64,000 bases of DNA from assembly GCF_016432865.1 (NCBI RefSeq), contig NC_067401.1, forward strand, positions 181,598,001 through 181,662,000, in the 5' to 3' direction. Numbering within the stretch: the first letter of the stretch is position 1; each line of letters begins with the position of its first letter. Positions 27,490 to 40,948 of this stretch are shown piece by piece. The translations under genes and the position numbers were made by a program. The notes under the pieces were generated by a model, which saw only the letters and a list, made by a program, of their open reading frames with translations, was not told where the DNA came from and ran no database searches. The DNA comes from Antechinus flavipes (taxonomy: Eukaryota).

Positions 27490-28015
27490 TGTTATGCCAC
27501 AATTTCCTATAATTATTATGCCCGTTTTCCTAAATTGTTCTGCTTCAGTTTCTTAAATTGTTTTGCCTCAGTCCTTCTGGTTGCGACCCTCCTTCCTGAA
27601 CATTAGTTCTGATATAAATTAGGGCTGGGAGGCCTGACCAATAGCATTCTATAGAGCCATAAACTGCAGATGGCTAATCTCAGATGGGGGGATATCTCCT
27701 ATCTCAGACTGAGTGGCTCCTAGCCTTCCCAACTTATCAAGATTTATGATCCTTCCTTACTCCAAACAGAACCAAATTATGGTCCATTCCTGCAAGTTCC
27801 CACTCACCAGTGCTCACCCCCACCCTGCTTTATTCCCCTGATCACTGGAGCCTATAAGAATCCCTGGAATCTATCACTTGCTGCTGCATGCTTTGAGACA
27901 CAAATCCAATTCAGCCGCTGGGGATAACGTGGATCCTGTTTTTCCCTCAGTCCTCTCAAATAAAACATTAAAAACTCTCTAATCTCTATCTTGCCTCAGT
28001 TTCTCCACCATTACA
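27490..28015 (+). mobile_element. Solo LTR, family A
   Basis: TG...CA ends; flanks AAAG/ATAG (4-bp TSD, one mismatch). Confidence 0.82.
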
Positions 28016-28160
28016 ATAGAAGGGAGGGTATATTGAGGGAGAAAGTGGTTAAAAGCAAAACACTGGTGAGGAGAGATAAGGTCAAAGGAGGGAAAGAGAG
28101 AAACATAGGGAAATAAGATGGTGCAAAATACACAGTAAATATAGCTGTGAATGTAAGTAG

Positions 28161-28651
28161 TGTTGAGCCCTGGATAAATCATAACCACCACCATCACCCC
28201 CCTTTCCTTGCCATTAGCACGGGAAAATTGAGTTTAAAAAAAGAGCCCAGGAAAAACCTTGAACCTCAGACCACCTTTGCATACCATTGTGTCATAAACT
28301 CCAGGTACATTATCTCAGTCCTTGCTAGAATAATTCCTCCTCCTTTTGAGTATTGCCCCTCGTCTGGGTGTATCCTGTCCTCAGGCCTTCTTATTTTGAC
28401 CCCTAACCTGTCAGGATTTAATTATGATCCTCTCCTGGAATTATGGCTTGTCCATACTCCCAGAGTCCTTGTACCCCTTATCTGCCTTTGTTTCCCCTAT
28501 AAGACTGTGTATTCAGGTTATATATTTTGTTTGCATATTCTAGCTAACTAAAATCCTATATAAAATTTTTGCCTTGGTTTATCTGCTAGCTTAACTCCAC
28601 ATTAAAGATTAAAAATCAATCTCTGCTTGCCTCAGTTTCTCTGGTATTACT
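28161..28651 (+). mobile_element. Solo LTR, family C
   Basis: Perfect 4-bp TSD GTAG inside the L1 ORF2 start. Confidence 0.82.
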
Positions 28652-28782
28652 GTAGGATTAACTCTCACATAAAACAAAAGAGCATAGCAGAGTTCATTAA
28701 AAACCAGAATCCTAAAATATGTTGTTTACAAGAAACACATCTGAATCTCACACAGGATAAAATTAAAAGGCTAGAACTGAAT

Positions 28783-29400
28783 TTATTTTTATTTTTTATT
28801 TTTAATTAAAATTTTTATTTTCAAAGTATATACATGGATAATTTTCAACATTCACCCTTATAAAACCTTGTGTTCTAATTTTTTCCCCTCCCTTTCCCCC
28901 ATCCCTTTCCCTAGATGGCAAGTGATCCAATATATGTTAAACATGTATAATTTTTCTATACATGTTTCCACAAATATCATTCTGCCAAGAAAAATTAGAT
29001 CAAAAAAAAAAAAAAAAAGGGGGGGGGGAAAATGAGAAGGAAACAAAATGCAAACAAACAACAACAAAAAGAGTGAAAATGCTATGTTGTGGTCCACATT
29101 CAGTCCTCACAGTTCTTTCTCTGGGTACATATGGCTCGCTTCATCACAAAACCATTGGAACTGGCCTGAATCATCTCATTATTGATGAGAGCCATGTCCA
29201 TCAGAAATGATCTTATAATCTTGCTGTCGCTATATATAATGATCTCCTGGTTCTGCTCATTTTACTCAGCATTGATGTATGTCTTTCTAGGCCTCTCTGA
29301 AATAATTCCTGCTGATCATTTTTTACAGAACAATAAGATTCTATAATATTCATATACTATATATATGCATATATATGATATATAACATTCATATGCTTAT
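28783..29400 (-). mobile_element. L1 3' end nested in the older L1
   Basis: T-rich tail at 28783 followed by the same 3' UTR type seen at 16300-17400. Confidence 0.8.
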
Positions 29401-31439
29401 AGAATATATATTTTTTAAAAAGCAGGGGTAGTACTCTTGATCTCAGACAAAGCAAAAACAAAATAGATGTGATGAAAAGAAACAATGAACAATATTACAT
29501 CTTAAAAGTATGAAATACAATGAAATAAACATAAATTGCACCAAATGGCATAGCAGGCAAATTCTTAGAGGAAAAATTTAGTGAGTTACAGGAAATTAGA
29601 CAACAAAACTCTACTAGTGGGGGACTTCAATTTTCCCCTCTTAGAAATAGATAAATCTTAACATGAAATTAACAAGAAAGAAATTAAGAGGGGACTGGAA
29701 TTTTAGAAAAGTTAGATATTGTAGACTTCTGGAGAAAAATGAAAGGGGATATAAACAGTTTATGCACCCACATAAAAATTGACCCTATATTAGGGCATAA
29801 AAACCTGGGCATTCAAGTTAAAACGCTAGAAAACAAATTTAAAATGCCCACTTAAACACCAAATTAGAAATTCTGAAAATCAGGGGAACAATTAATAAAA
29901 CTGAAAGTTAAAAAATGGAAGAAAAATAAAATAGATAAATCTTTTTAAATTTGATTTTCTTTGAAAAGAAGAAAATCAAATTATTAATATCAAAAGGATG
30001 AATTCACCATGAATGAAAGGAAATTAAAGTAATAATTAGGACCCATTTTGCCCAGCTGGATGCCAATAAATTTAAGTAAAAATGGATGAATATTTATAAA
30101 AATATAAATTGTAGATTACTAGAAGGGGAAAAAAACTAAAACAGTTTTAGAAAAAGAAATTGTACAAACCATCAATGAATTCCCTAGGAAAATTTCTCTA
30201 GAGACAGATTCTACCAAATTTTTTCTAAATTTAAAAAATTTTAGAATTTAAAGAATAATTAATTCCAGTACTATACTATATAAATTAATTGGAAAAATAG
30301 GTGAAGAGAAGTCTTACCAAATTCCTTTTATGAGAGAAATATGATGCTGTTGCCAAATCAGGAAAAGCCAAAAGAGAGAGAAAAATATAGACCAATTTCC
30401 CTACCAAATATTGATGCAAAAATTTAAGTAGCAAAGAGATTATAGCAATTTATCACAAAGATAATACACTATGACCAGGTGGGATTTATACCAGGAATAC
30501 AGGATTGGTTCAATATGGGGAAAACTAGGAGCATAATTAACCATATCAATAACAAAATCAACAAAACATGATCGTCTCAATAAATGCCAAAAAAAAAAAA
30601 AAAAGCTTTTAACAAAAGATAATACCCATTCTCATTAAAAATGCTTAAGAACAGAGGAATATATGGAGCTTTCCTTAAAATGATACTCAGTATCTATCTA
30701 AAACCACCATCAAGAGTTATCTGTAATGGAAATAAGCTAGAAGCCTTTCCAAGAAGATCAGAAGTGAAGCAAGGATATCCATTTTCACCACTTAACTTTA
30801 GCAATAAGAGAAGAAAAAGAAATTGAAGGAATTAAAACAGGCAGATTACAATGACTTAGAGGACTGTAAAGAATCAATTAAAAAATTACTTGTAATTGTT
30901 AACAGTTTTGGCAAAGTTACACAATACAAAATAAACCCACATAAGTCATCAGTATTTCTATATATTCTATATATTACCAACAAAGCCCAGTAGCAAGAGA
31001 TAGAAAAAGAAATTACACTTAAAATAACTGTGGACAACATAAAATATTTGGAAGTCTACTCACCAAGACAAACCCAGAAATTATTTGAATACAATTACAA
31101 AACATTTTTCATACAAATAAAATCAGATCTAAGGAATTGAAAAAATATTAATTGTTCATGGATGGACCAAGCTAATATAATAAAAAGTGACAGTTCTATC
31201 TAGATTAATTTACTTATTCAATACCATACGAATAGACCAAAAATTAATTTATTGAGCTAGGAAAGAAAAAAAAAAACAGAATTAATCTAGAAGAAAAAAG
31301 ATCTGAAAAACCAAGGGAATTAATGGGGGGTAAGAGGGAATGCAAAGGAAGATAGTCTGGCCATAGTACATCTTAAAGTATAAAATGTGGAAAAATTATG
31401 ATTATGATTTTCATAATTATCAAGATGATATGTGTAATA

Positions 31440-32381
31440 AATATACTAATTTAGATTTCTCAGAACTGCCTTTTCTATCTTGGGAGGCAGTCTTTCAGTA
31501 ACGTTTGAAATGATCATTCAATTCTTGACAATATTCTCTTGTATATGTTAAGCTTAGTAAATCAAAGATAGCAAAATCTATTTCAGTCACAGAACTCTGG
31601 TCCCTTCAGGAAATTTAGTGATAGTCTTAAAAGTGGCTGTGTGATCTAATGTTCATGATAGACATTACCAAGTACTTCTCAGAATTGAATGTCAAGCTGT
31701 AGGGCCCCTATTGAACTTCTCAACTCCCTGCTTTCCAATCTGAAATCCTTTGAAAGTGCAACTTGGAGGAATGGTGCATTTCCCCATTCTGAAAGAACAA
31801 AAGCCTTCTACAATATTTTAATATGCTGGCGAATGTACAAAACTAACTAAGGCATTTAGTGAAAGATTCAAAGACATGAAAAGTAAACAAATGAAGTTGA
31901 AGATCTTTGCTATACCATTCATTGTAGAACCAGCTGATGTGCCTGATTGCATAGATCACAAAATCATTCAACTATCAAGCAATGATGAGCTCAAAGGTAG
32001 GTACAACAATCTCTCACTGCTTGAATGCTACAAATGTTATATAAGCAATAATGAATTTCCCATTTTGAGAAGCTATGCATTGAAATATGCATTCATATTC
32101 AGAACAATTTGCTGCTGCAAGTAATTCTTTTCAAAAGTTCCCATGACAAAAGTCTACTGCTCTCCCTACTAACTCAAATTTGAAAAAGCAGTTGCAATTA
32201 GCAACATTATCAACACTAGGAAATATCACACACCTCAGCAAAAGAGAAGTAGTTTACACTGTCACATTAAGGGTGTGTTACTTACATGTTTGATCAAATA
32301 TAGCAGGCTAATTTTAAATATGTCTCGTAAATGATGTTATATCCAAATGGCCCTTGGCAGAAAAAAGGTCCCCCAAATCTG
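31440..32381 (+). mobile_element. hAT (Charlie-like) transposase 3' relic with right terminus
   Basis: Decayed hAT C-terminal motifs (FAIPF..EP, ND.LK, EFP.LR.YALK). The end ggcagaaaaaaggtccccc resembles the 3' end of the MITE at 10673. Confidence 0.7.
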
Positions 32382-34071
32382 TGTTGATAGAACAGCCAAA
32401 AGTCCAGTGTCACTCTTCAGAGTACATGTCAGGGAGTAAAGTATAAAAAAATTGGAAAGGTAAGAGCTAATGAAGGGTTTTGAATGCTAAATAAAAGATT
32501 TTTGTATTTGATCCCAGAGAGAATAGGGAGTCACCGGACTTTATTGGTTGGGGGACAGAGGAGGTGACATAATCATACTTGCACTTTAGGAAAATCACTT
32601 GGTGTCTGAATGTAGGCCACATAGTTTTTGAGACAGACAAACTATACAATACTACAGGTGATGGGAGCCTGCACTTGAATGGTAGCATTGTCAAAGAGAA
32701 GGGGGCATTTTGGGGAGATATTGCAAAAAACTCTAGCTTTTTAAAGCCCTTCACACTCAGTTCCCAACTCTATTTCCAGATCACTAGGCATCACTTCCCC
32801 ACAAGCCCTTTGATCTTCTTTCTGTTCCCCATAAAAAACCCTCCATCTTTCATTTCCATTCTTTCGCTCTCATTGTCTCCATATCTGGAAAACATTGCCT
32901 TTTTATCACCTCCTCATAGATCCACCTTCTTCCTTCAAGAAATATCTGAAACAGTACATGCATGAAACATTTCCTGATCTCCCCAGCTAATAGTATTCTC
33001 TCTCCCAAACTACCATATATTTAACTGCTTTGTATTTAGTGATTTTACATTTGTGAGTCAACTTCTTGCAATAAAGGCAGAGATTTATTAAAAGTAGAAA
33101 TTCTCAACTTTTTCATGGAGCTCTTTGGCAATCTAGGAAAGACCATGAATACTAGTACAGGAAAAAAAAAAGTCTTAAAATGTATAAAGGAAAACATGTA
33201 GAATTAAAAAAAGTTAATACATCATAATTAAATAAAGATGCATTTGTTCCCATCTAAGTGGCTGGACCCGGACCTTCTTAAATTATCCCCTGCTTTAAGC
33301 TTAGGAGGAGACAGAACGGTCCCCATGTTACTCTTTCACTTCAAAGAGTATTTCTTTCGAATGAAAATTTCTGAGTGTAGTCACAATTATTCCCAAACTC
33401 GTCAGAAAATTTCCAAATACTTCAGAATCCCACCCTCTATGTACTTACATTTGTCTCTGCTTCTAGTTCTATGAACTCTTCCTCCCCATCAGTGCACCTT
33501 TAACACCTTCAACCTACCTCTGACCTTTCTGTGGTTGAGGTAACGTTTGCTGCCAGGGTTTGAATCATGAGAAAGTAGATTTCATTATAGCGTCTATGGA
33601 GAAGATCTCTGGTGGGGAAGCTTTGGGAAAAACCTATTGACTTTCCCAGGTTTATACGTCTGGTATGACACTAGATTCAAGATGAATCATCCTGATTAAA
33701 GGGTGGGCAACCTGAGGCATCTAGTTGCCCCATAAATTTTGGGCCGAGATTTTATATCTTACTCTTTGGCATGTTTGGATACAAAATCTACTTAAAAGTT
33801 ATGGAAGGAGGATTTCAGATCTTAAGTCAGACCTGAGAGTACCTTCATGAGGGTACTACGGGACAATTTAATAAGGCATCATCATGGCTCAGAGTTGTAC
33901 CTCTTAGTTTTTATTGTAAACACCAACCCTGCTCTCCCCTGAACACCTTCTGTCCTTTTTAAGCGCAGAGCCTCCAAGACATTCAAGTCTGACGGCTAGC
34001 ATTTAGAAACTCCTTCGTGGACATTAGCAGCCAAAATGTTACTAGCACAACTCTTTGGTGAAGAGATGGGC

Positions 34072-34087
34072 GGCCCTGAAAAGGGCC
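34072..34087 (-). terminator. Histone 3' stem-loop of H4
   Basis: GGCCCTTTTCAGGGCC on minus; CAAAGAGTTGT downstream element. Confidence 0.95.
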
Positions 34088-34132
34088 TTTTGTGGGTATG
34101 CGTGCAGGCGCGGGAAGCCGGAGGAGACTACC

Positions 34133-34465
<333 letters not shown>

Positions 34466-34496
34466 CTAACTCAATACCCAAGCGCCGGCAGTTGCG

Positions 34497-34543
34497 GTAT
34501 ATATAGAGAACGGCCTATCCCGCCACCGGACCTCTTTGAGAAC
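34497..34543 (-). promoter_or_regulatory. H4 promoter: TATA and site-II-like element
   Basis: CTATATA near 34499-34506. GTTCTCAAAGAGGTCCG on minus (34527-34543) resembles the H4 subtype element GTTTTCAATCTGGTCCG. Confidence 0.7.
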
Positions 34544-35582
34544 AAGGAACGAGGCCAGGAGGCGGGGTAGAGAGGAGGTAGGGGAGAGCGGGAGAGAAAA
34601 AGGCAGTAAGCTCCTCCCTAAGAAGGCTGACTTGCGGCTTGCTCCTTGCTGAGAGAAGGGAAAGAGGAACCTTATGTCTGACTCTCCCGGTTTTTAAGTT
34701 TTCCTTGTTTGATTCAAGGAGGCCCTGGTCCTTCAGTTCCATTCAGTTCTGAAGTGACAGTACTCCCTTCGCGCTTCTGTTTTGCACGCTTTGCGTTGCT
34801 GTTCTTGAAAGATGGAGTGGGAGTCTATGGACTGATTTTTTGATTTCTGGTATTTTTGCCGTAAGAAAGTTGTCTTGTTGAATAAAAGTCCTTGCCATCC
34901 CTTGGCCTATTGTCATTTAATTGCATCACCTAGGAATTGCTCATACAAACGAAGAAACAAAGAAAAACAAAAACTATAGAAACAAAGGCAATATTGCGAT
35001 GGATGGATTCAAATGGATCTCTGAAATCCCAAGATTGTCATCCGTTCCCTCCTCCCTTCCCTCTCTCTCTTCCCCTTCTCCCCTTTTGCATATAATCGTG
35101 GTTTTCATTTTTTAAAGGTGGGTTTAAAAATTGGGTTGGGGAAGGGAGCGGCCCAAGGCGGTTCAGAGATGGTGGAGGGTAGCCCTTTGACCCTTTCTCC
35201 CACCTCTGACGCCTCCTCCCACCATCTATCTTATCTATTATTGTGACAGAGTGCTGGGGGTCAGTTCCTCTGACCAAAATCAGAGCAACCAATAATCTCT
35301 AGATTTCCTTTAATGGTTATTTGACACTTCAAAAGGTGATGGAAGCCACAAGGACAAATGCTTTTTCTCCCTCCAGAAGTTGCTGTGGAGACTGGGGTCG
35401 GGGAAGGGAAGAGGAATAATGGTCACCTTCGTGGGGATACTACCGGGATCCCAAGAACTGGTGATAGTAAGGGAGAGGAAAGTCAGGCACAGTCTTATGT
35501 GAGTCTTGGATTTCTTGAGAGAAAAGTTTGCAAAAGGAATGAGCAGCTCTCAAGGATGAAATTCCTGAAGATACTCCCTGAA

Positions 35583-35763
35583 NNNNNNNNNNNNNNNNNN
35601 NNNNNNNNNNNNNNNNNNNNNNNNNNNNNNNNNNNNNNNNNNNNNNNNNNNNNNNNNNNNNNNNNNNNNNNNNNNNNNNNNNNNNNNNNNNNNNNNNNNN
35701 NNNNNNNNNNNNNNNNNNNNNNNNNNNNNNNNNNNNNNNNNNNNNNNNNNNNNNNNNNNNNNN
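35583..35763. other. Assembly gap (181 N)
   Basis: Run of N. Confidence 0.99.
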
Positions 35764-35899
35764 CCGATATTCGTTCATGAGGAACTTAATGAGGAGCTTA
35801 GAATAACAATCATTTTATTTTTTAAGTACAGAAGATGGAATCCAGCAGAGAATGGCAAATGTATTCAAAAGAATGCTAGAGTTGTATGAAAACAGCATC

Positions 35900-36460
35900 A
35901 GGAATGCTGAAGTTCAAGAATGAATTATGGCTGGGAATGAAAGTTAAGGACCCCAGAATAGGGGTTATTTTGAGCAACGGTCCAAAAAGAGATGACCCAA
36001 GACACTGATGCTGGAAGCCCAGATTTGGGGAAGTGAAGGTTTTCAGATGAGGGAAAGCTAGTTAGCTAATGTGTTGGGTGGCAGTATCAGAATCCAAAAA
36101 GCCCCGGACAGCCAAGAGCAGCAGTGTAAAACGAGTAAGGTGCTATTCAGTAGAGGAAATTAACAATTCTCCTACACTTGTGCCCCAAAACCAATTTTAC
36201 AAATTGGTAATGGAAGCCTTGGCTGGACATCAGTTCCTGTGAAGAGGATCTGGGAGCTTGAGAGGACTGTAGTAATCTCAAGAGGCTTTACCGTGAGATA
36301 TGGAAGCCAGAAAAACTAAGGAAGTCTAAGACCGTGTCAAGAGACGTCTAACGTCTACTCTAGACCACTTCTGGAGTCGTGTGCTCAGTTCTGGGTGAAA
36401 GTTTTAGATGGGTTGAAGCTGAAAATCCGTCAAGGAGGTGTCTGGACCTAGAGATGTCTT
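35900..36460 (+). mobile_element. CR1/L3 LINE RT fragment
   Basis: atcagaatccaaaaag..gacag..gagcag..taaggtg.tattcag pattern and gtgctcagttctgg. Confidence 0.6.
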
Positions 36461-36497
36461 GAAAAAGAACTAAAGTAGTTTAGTTTCAAGGCTGGTT

Positions 36498-36506
36498 TTG
36501 TGTGTG

Positions 36507-36565
<59 letters not shown>

Positions 36566-36576
36566 TGTGTGTGTGT
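36498..36576. repeat. (GT)n microsatellite
   Basis: Long, nearly pure GT run. Confidence 0.95.
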
Positions 36577-37243
36577 TGGGGAGGGGGGTGAAAAAGGAGA
36601 ACAGGTGGGAAGCATCCAGGTAAATGGGACAGAGCAGTGACACAGTATAGCTAGCTGCCTACATCCTCCTTTGAACTCGGAGGGTGGTTTCGAGGAGTAA
36701 TTGTATTTGTTCGGTTGCAGAGAGGCAGATGATGGGTTTTGTTGGGAGGGAAATCTTAACCATTTAGAGCGATCCTTAGTCGCAAAGGGATGTTTCGGTT
36801 CCCCTATCCCTAGCAAATGGCCACTTATTGATCACTGAGCAGTGAGAATTCTTGCCCTGGTACAATTTGTGTTGGGTGGTTCCTGGGGTCCGTCCCAACT
36901 CCCAGACTCAGTGATTTTTCATTTTCTTTTTCTTGAGTTGAATCAAAGGGAACTAAGGAAGCAGCCGTAACTGATTACGGGCTTTTCTCCTGCTCCCCCC
37001 ACCCCAACCCCAATACCCCCTCCCCTTCCCAACAGCGACCCTTCCTCATCAAAATCTAGGCCTTTCTCAGGTCCCAAGCGGCTTGAACTTGCAAAGGTGA
37101 AAGCTTACTAGGTGAAATTAGCGGTCCAAGGACCTTCCCAAGCCCTTTGTGTCTTGAAGGGAGCTGCCTGCTTTGGATGCAAAATCCTTCTTGCTGCTGC
37201 ATCTCATTCCCATGAATCCCTATGCCGAAATCGCGGGAGCGCC

Positions 37244-37694
37244 TGTGCTACTTCCTTCAGCGAGAAACGCGATTTCGATGTAAATGTGAAGGGAATGTTT
37301 ATCGTTTTTGAATAAAAGAGAAGTCCAGCGTGTGCTTAAGCATACTGTGGAGGAAAGGCCATCGGGAGTAAAAGGGCAACTCTCGAATTTCCAGGAAACA
37401 CAGGGAGTTGTCGCCACCTGAGCTGAGTTTTGTGAAGAGTTGGGGGGATTGGGAAACGCTCCGAGTGCAGTATTTGAGGTTTCAGAAAGAAGCTGAGCGG
37501 CAGACCAACCCAGAGTCTCGTCGCTTCAGATTCGGACAGAAATAGCTGGATGGCGTGCCGGGAATTTTTGTATTTTCCCCTTTTTTTCCGGGCTAAGAAA
37601 CACAACCATGAAGGAGAGTCGAGTGGTTGTAAGAGACAGAGAAGGCGGGTTGCCCAGCGCACCAATCACAGCACGGCTCCCTTGTCTATATATA
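37244..37694 (+). promoter_or_regulatory. H1 promoter: TG box, H1/AC box, GC box, CCAAT, TATA
   Basis: TGTGCTA 37244-37250; AAACACA 37598-37604; GGCGGG near 37645; CCAATCACAG near 37662; TATATATA near 37688. Confidence 0.85.
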
Positions 37695-37783
37695 GTCCCA
37701 GGCCCAGGAGTCTCGGCTATAGAGACCGTGGTGGTCTGTCTTCCCCTGCTTTTCTGATTTTGAGGCAGTCAGAGCAGAAAGCC

Positions 37784-38443
37784 ATGTCCGAGACAGCCCC
37801 CGCTGCCCCGGTTGCTCCGGCTCCCGCGCCAGCTGAGAAGACCCCGGTGAAGAAGAAGGCCAAGCGGGCTGCGGGATCCGGCGGAGCCCGGCGTAAGGCC
37901 GCTGGTCCCCCAGTCTCCGAGCTGATCACTAAGGCGGTGGAAGCCTCCAAAGAGCGCAGCGGCGTGTCCCTGGCCGCCCTGAAAAAGGCGCTGGCGGCCG
38001 CCGGCTACGACGTGGAGAAGAACAACAGTCGCATCAAGCTGGGGCTCAAGAGCTTGGTGAGCAAAGGCACTTTAGTGCAGACCAAAGGCACCGGCGCTTC
38101 CGGTTCCTTCAAGCTCAACAAGAAGGCTTCTGCCGGCGACGGGAAAGCCAAGGGCAAGAAGGCTGCTGCGGCCAAGACCAAGAAGCCTGCTAACGCTGCG
38201 GCCAAGAAGACGAAGAAGGCGGCTGGGGCGGCAGGTGCCAAGAAGAGCGTGAAGAAGACTCCCAAGAAACTAAAGAAACCGACTGCGGTGGGAGCCAAGA
38301 AGGCGACCAAGAGCCCCAAGAAGACCAAGGCCGCGAAGCCGAAGAAAGTGGCCAAGAGCCCTGCTAAGGCCAAGCTCGTGAAGCCCAAGGGGGCAAAGCC
38401 GAAGGCAGCTAAGCCCAAGAAGGCAGCGCCAAAGAAAAAATGA
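37784..38443 (+). CDS. H1: Linker histone H1, somatic replication-dependent type (219 aa)
   Basis: [10 protein letters not shown]-terminus, globular domain [10 protein letters not shown]...GSFKLNK and a Lys-rich tail with S/TPKK motifs. The true ATG at 37784 lies downstream of the TATA box. Confidence 0.96.
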   Translation: MSETAPAAPVAPAPAPAEKTPVKKKAKRAAGSGGARRKAAGPPVSELITKAVEASKERSGVSLAALKKALAAAGYDVEKNNSRIKLGLKSLVSKGTLVQTKGTGASGSFKLNKKASAGDGKAKGKKAAAAKTKKPANAAAKKTKKAAGAAGAKKSVKKTPKKLKKPTAVGAKKATKSPKKTKAAKPKKVAKSPAKAKLVKPKGAKPKAAKPKKAAPKKK

Positions 38444-38486
38444 GTCAAGGTTGCTACGGGAAACTTCCGCTTTTAGAAGCCTCAAA

Positions 38487-38502
38487 GGCTCTTTTCAGAG
38501 CC
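38487..38502 (+). terminator. Histone 3' stem-loop of H1
   Basis: GGCTCTTTTCAGAGCC; GAGAAAGGGCT downstream element. Confidence 0.95.
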
Positions 38503-38975
38503 ACCCCATAGTCTCGGAGAAAGGGCTAATTGGCACGCTTGCAAACACACGCACCACACCAGCCTTCAGCCTGCCTGTCTACTGTTTGGGGACCGGTACT
38601 GAAACAAGGGCGTGCCTTGGCGGGGTTAGTGTTCCCAGGTACGTCCGGCAGGCCGGCGTGGGGCCCATGTGACGTTTACACGGTACATACAGTAAGGCCA
38701 CCCCGCCTACGCGTTCTCAGGGCAGCTTCTTGTGTCCTCGCATTGGGCGTGGGTCTGTGGCGTTTGGGCCATAACCCCGACCTCTCCCAATTCTTGAAAG
38801 TTCTGTCCACACCGTCCCCACAACCCAAGACAAGTAGCCTTAGCTGCACACAACTCCAACCCAAGGTTTCACAGGGCCTTCCTTTCATCCCAAGCCCCTC
38901 GGAAACGTCCCCTTGAGGAAAACTGCCACCAGCCGCGTTGCGTTTAACAGCTTTTTTCGCTTGAAATAATTGGGT

Positions 38976-38991
38976 GGCTCTGAAAAGAGCC
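38976..38991 (-). terminator. Histone 3' stem-loop of H2A (39024-39416)
   Basis: GGCTCTTTTCAGAGCC on minus; AAAAAAGCTGT downstream element. Confidence 0.95.
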
Positions 38992-39023
38992 TTTGCTTGG
39001 GGTGGCCGCTCAGGTGATCCCTT

Positions 39024-40145
<1,122 letters not shown>

Positions 40146-40184
40146 ATCTACTTGGCAGCGGACATCCTAACTTACAACCCCAAG

Positions 40185-40200
40185 GGCTCTTTTCAGAGCC
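40185..40200 (+). terminator. Histone 3' stem-loop of H2B
   Basis: GGCTCTTTTCAGAGCC; AATAAGAGCT downstream element. Confidence 0.95.
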
Positions 40201-40831
40201 ACCTACTCTCTCAAAATAAGAGCTTTAGCCCACATGTCACGCTGTACGGAGCTGTCTCGCCTCTCTGTGTCTTGACTGCTTGCTTTAGAGACTATCCATC
40301 TCGATTGGGCGGCCTCCTATAGGAAGCAATAGAATTCCAACCCCCTACCCCCAGTGCCAGGTCGATGTAGTAGTAGCAGCTTAGTAATAGCTGTTATCAT
40401 ACAGCGCTCCTATCTTGCCTGAATCCAGCTTCTCATTGGGGGACGAGTAGCCCCACCGCATTTCAATATGGCTAGCTTTACAGAAGAGTCAAAACTGCAC
40501 AGAGGACAAATAAAAATCACTGAGAGGTCGAAATTGCTGGCAAACCTGGAAAGCAGGGGAGACAAATTAGGTATACCTCATGCCAGTACACTGAAGGAAA
40601 TTCCAAATGTTTCCGTCACTTTAAAACGAATTAGAAATCGGACAAATTAATTTCAGATGTAGACGGAAATCCCTGTGAACCCGCTGCTGAAGGGCCGCAC
40701 AAGATAAAAAGGACCCTTTTGATTGCTGGAAATAGAAAAGCTTGGGACGGAGGGAAGGGGGTCTAACAAAAAATAAATGTTATTAGAATTAGAACGAATG
40801 TGGAGAAGGAGGGTGTACTCTTTAAAAAGGG

Positions 40832-40948
40832 TTAAGTGACTTGCCCAGGGTCACACAGCTAAGAAATGTGAAGTATCTGAAACTAGATTTGATTTTGCGT
40901 TCTCGTGACTTCAGGGCTCGTGCTCTATCCACTGCGCTACCAGCTACC
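40832..40948 (-). mobile_element. WSINE1-like SINE
   Basis: gttaagtgacttgcccagggtcacacagcta...ctatccactgcgctaccagcta. Confidence 0.78.

Larger units (their letters stand above)
26690..31380 (+). mobile_element. Older degenerate L1 (ORF1 end, spacer, ORF2) with nested insertions
   Basis: LQPRINYPEKLS-like ORF1 end; QNP.ICCLQETHL endonuclease start; [14 protein letters not shown] and RSEVKQGYP motifs. Confidence 0.8.

Noticed and set aside
37550-37783. 78-aa N-terminal extension of H1 in the ORF track
   Set aside because: Runs through the H1 box, CCAAT and TATA elements, so it lies upstream of the expected TSS.
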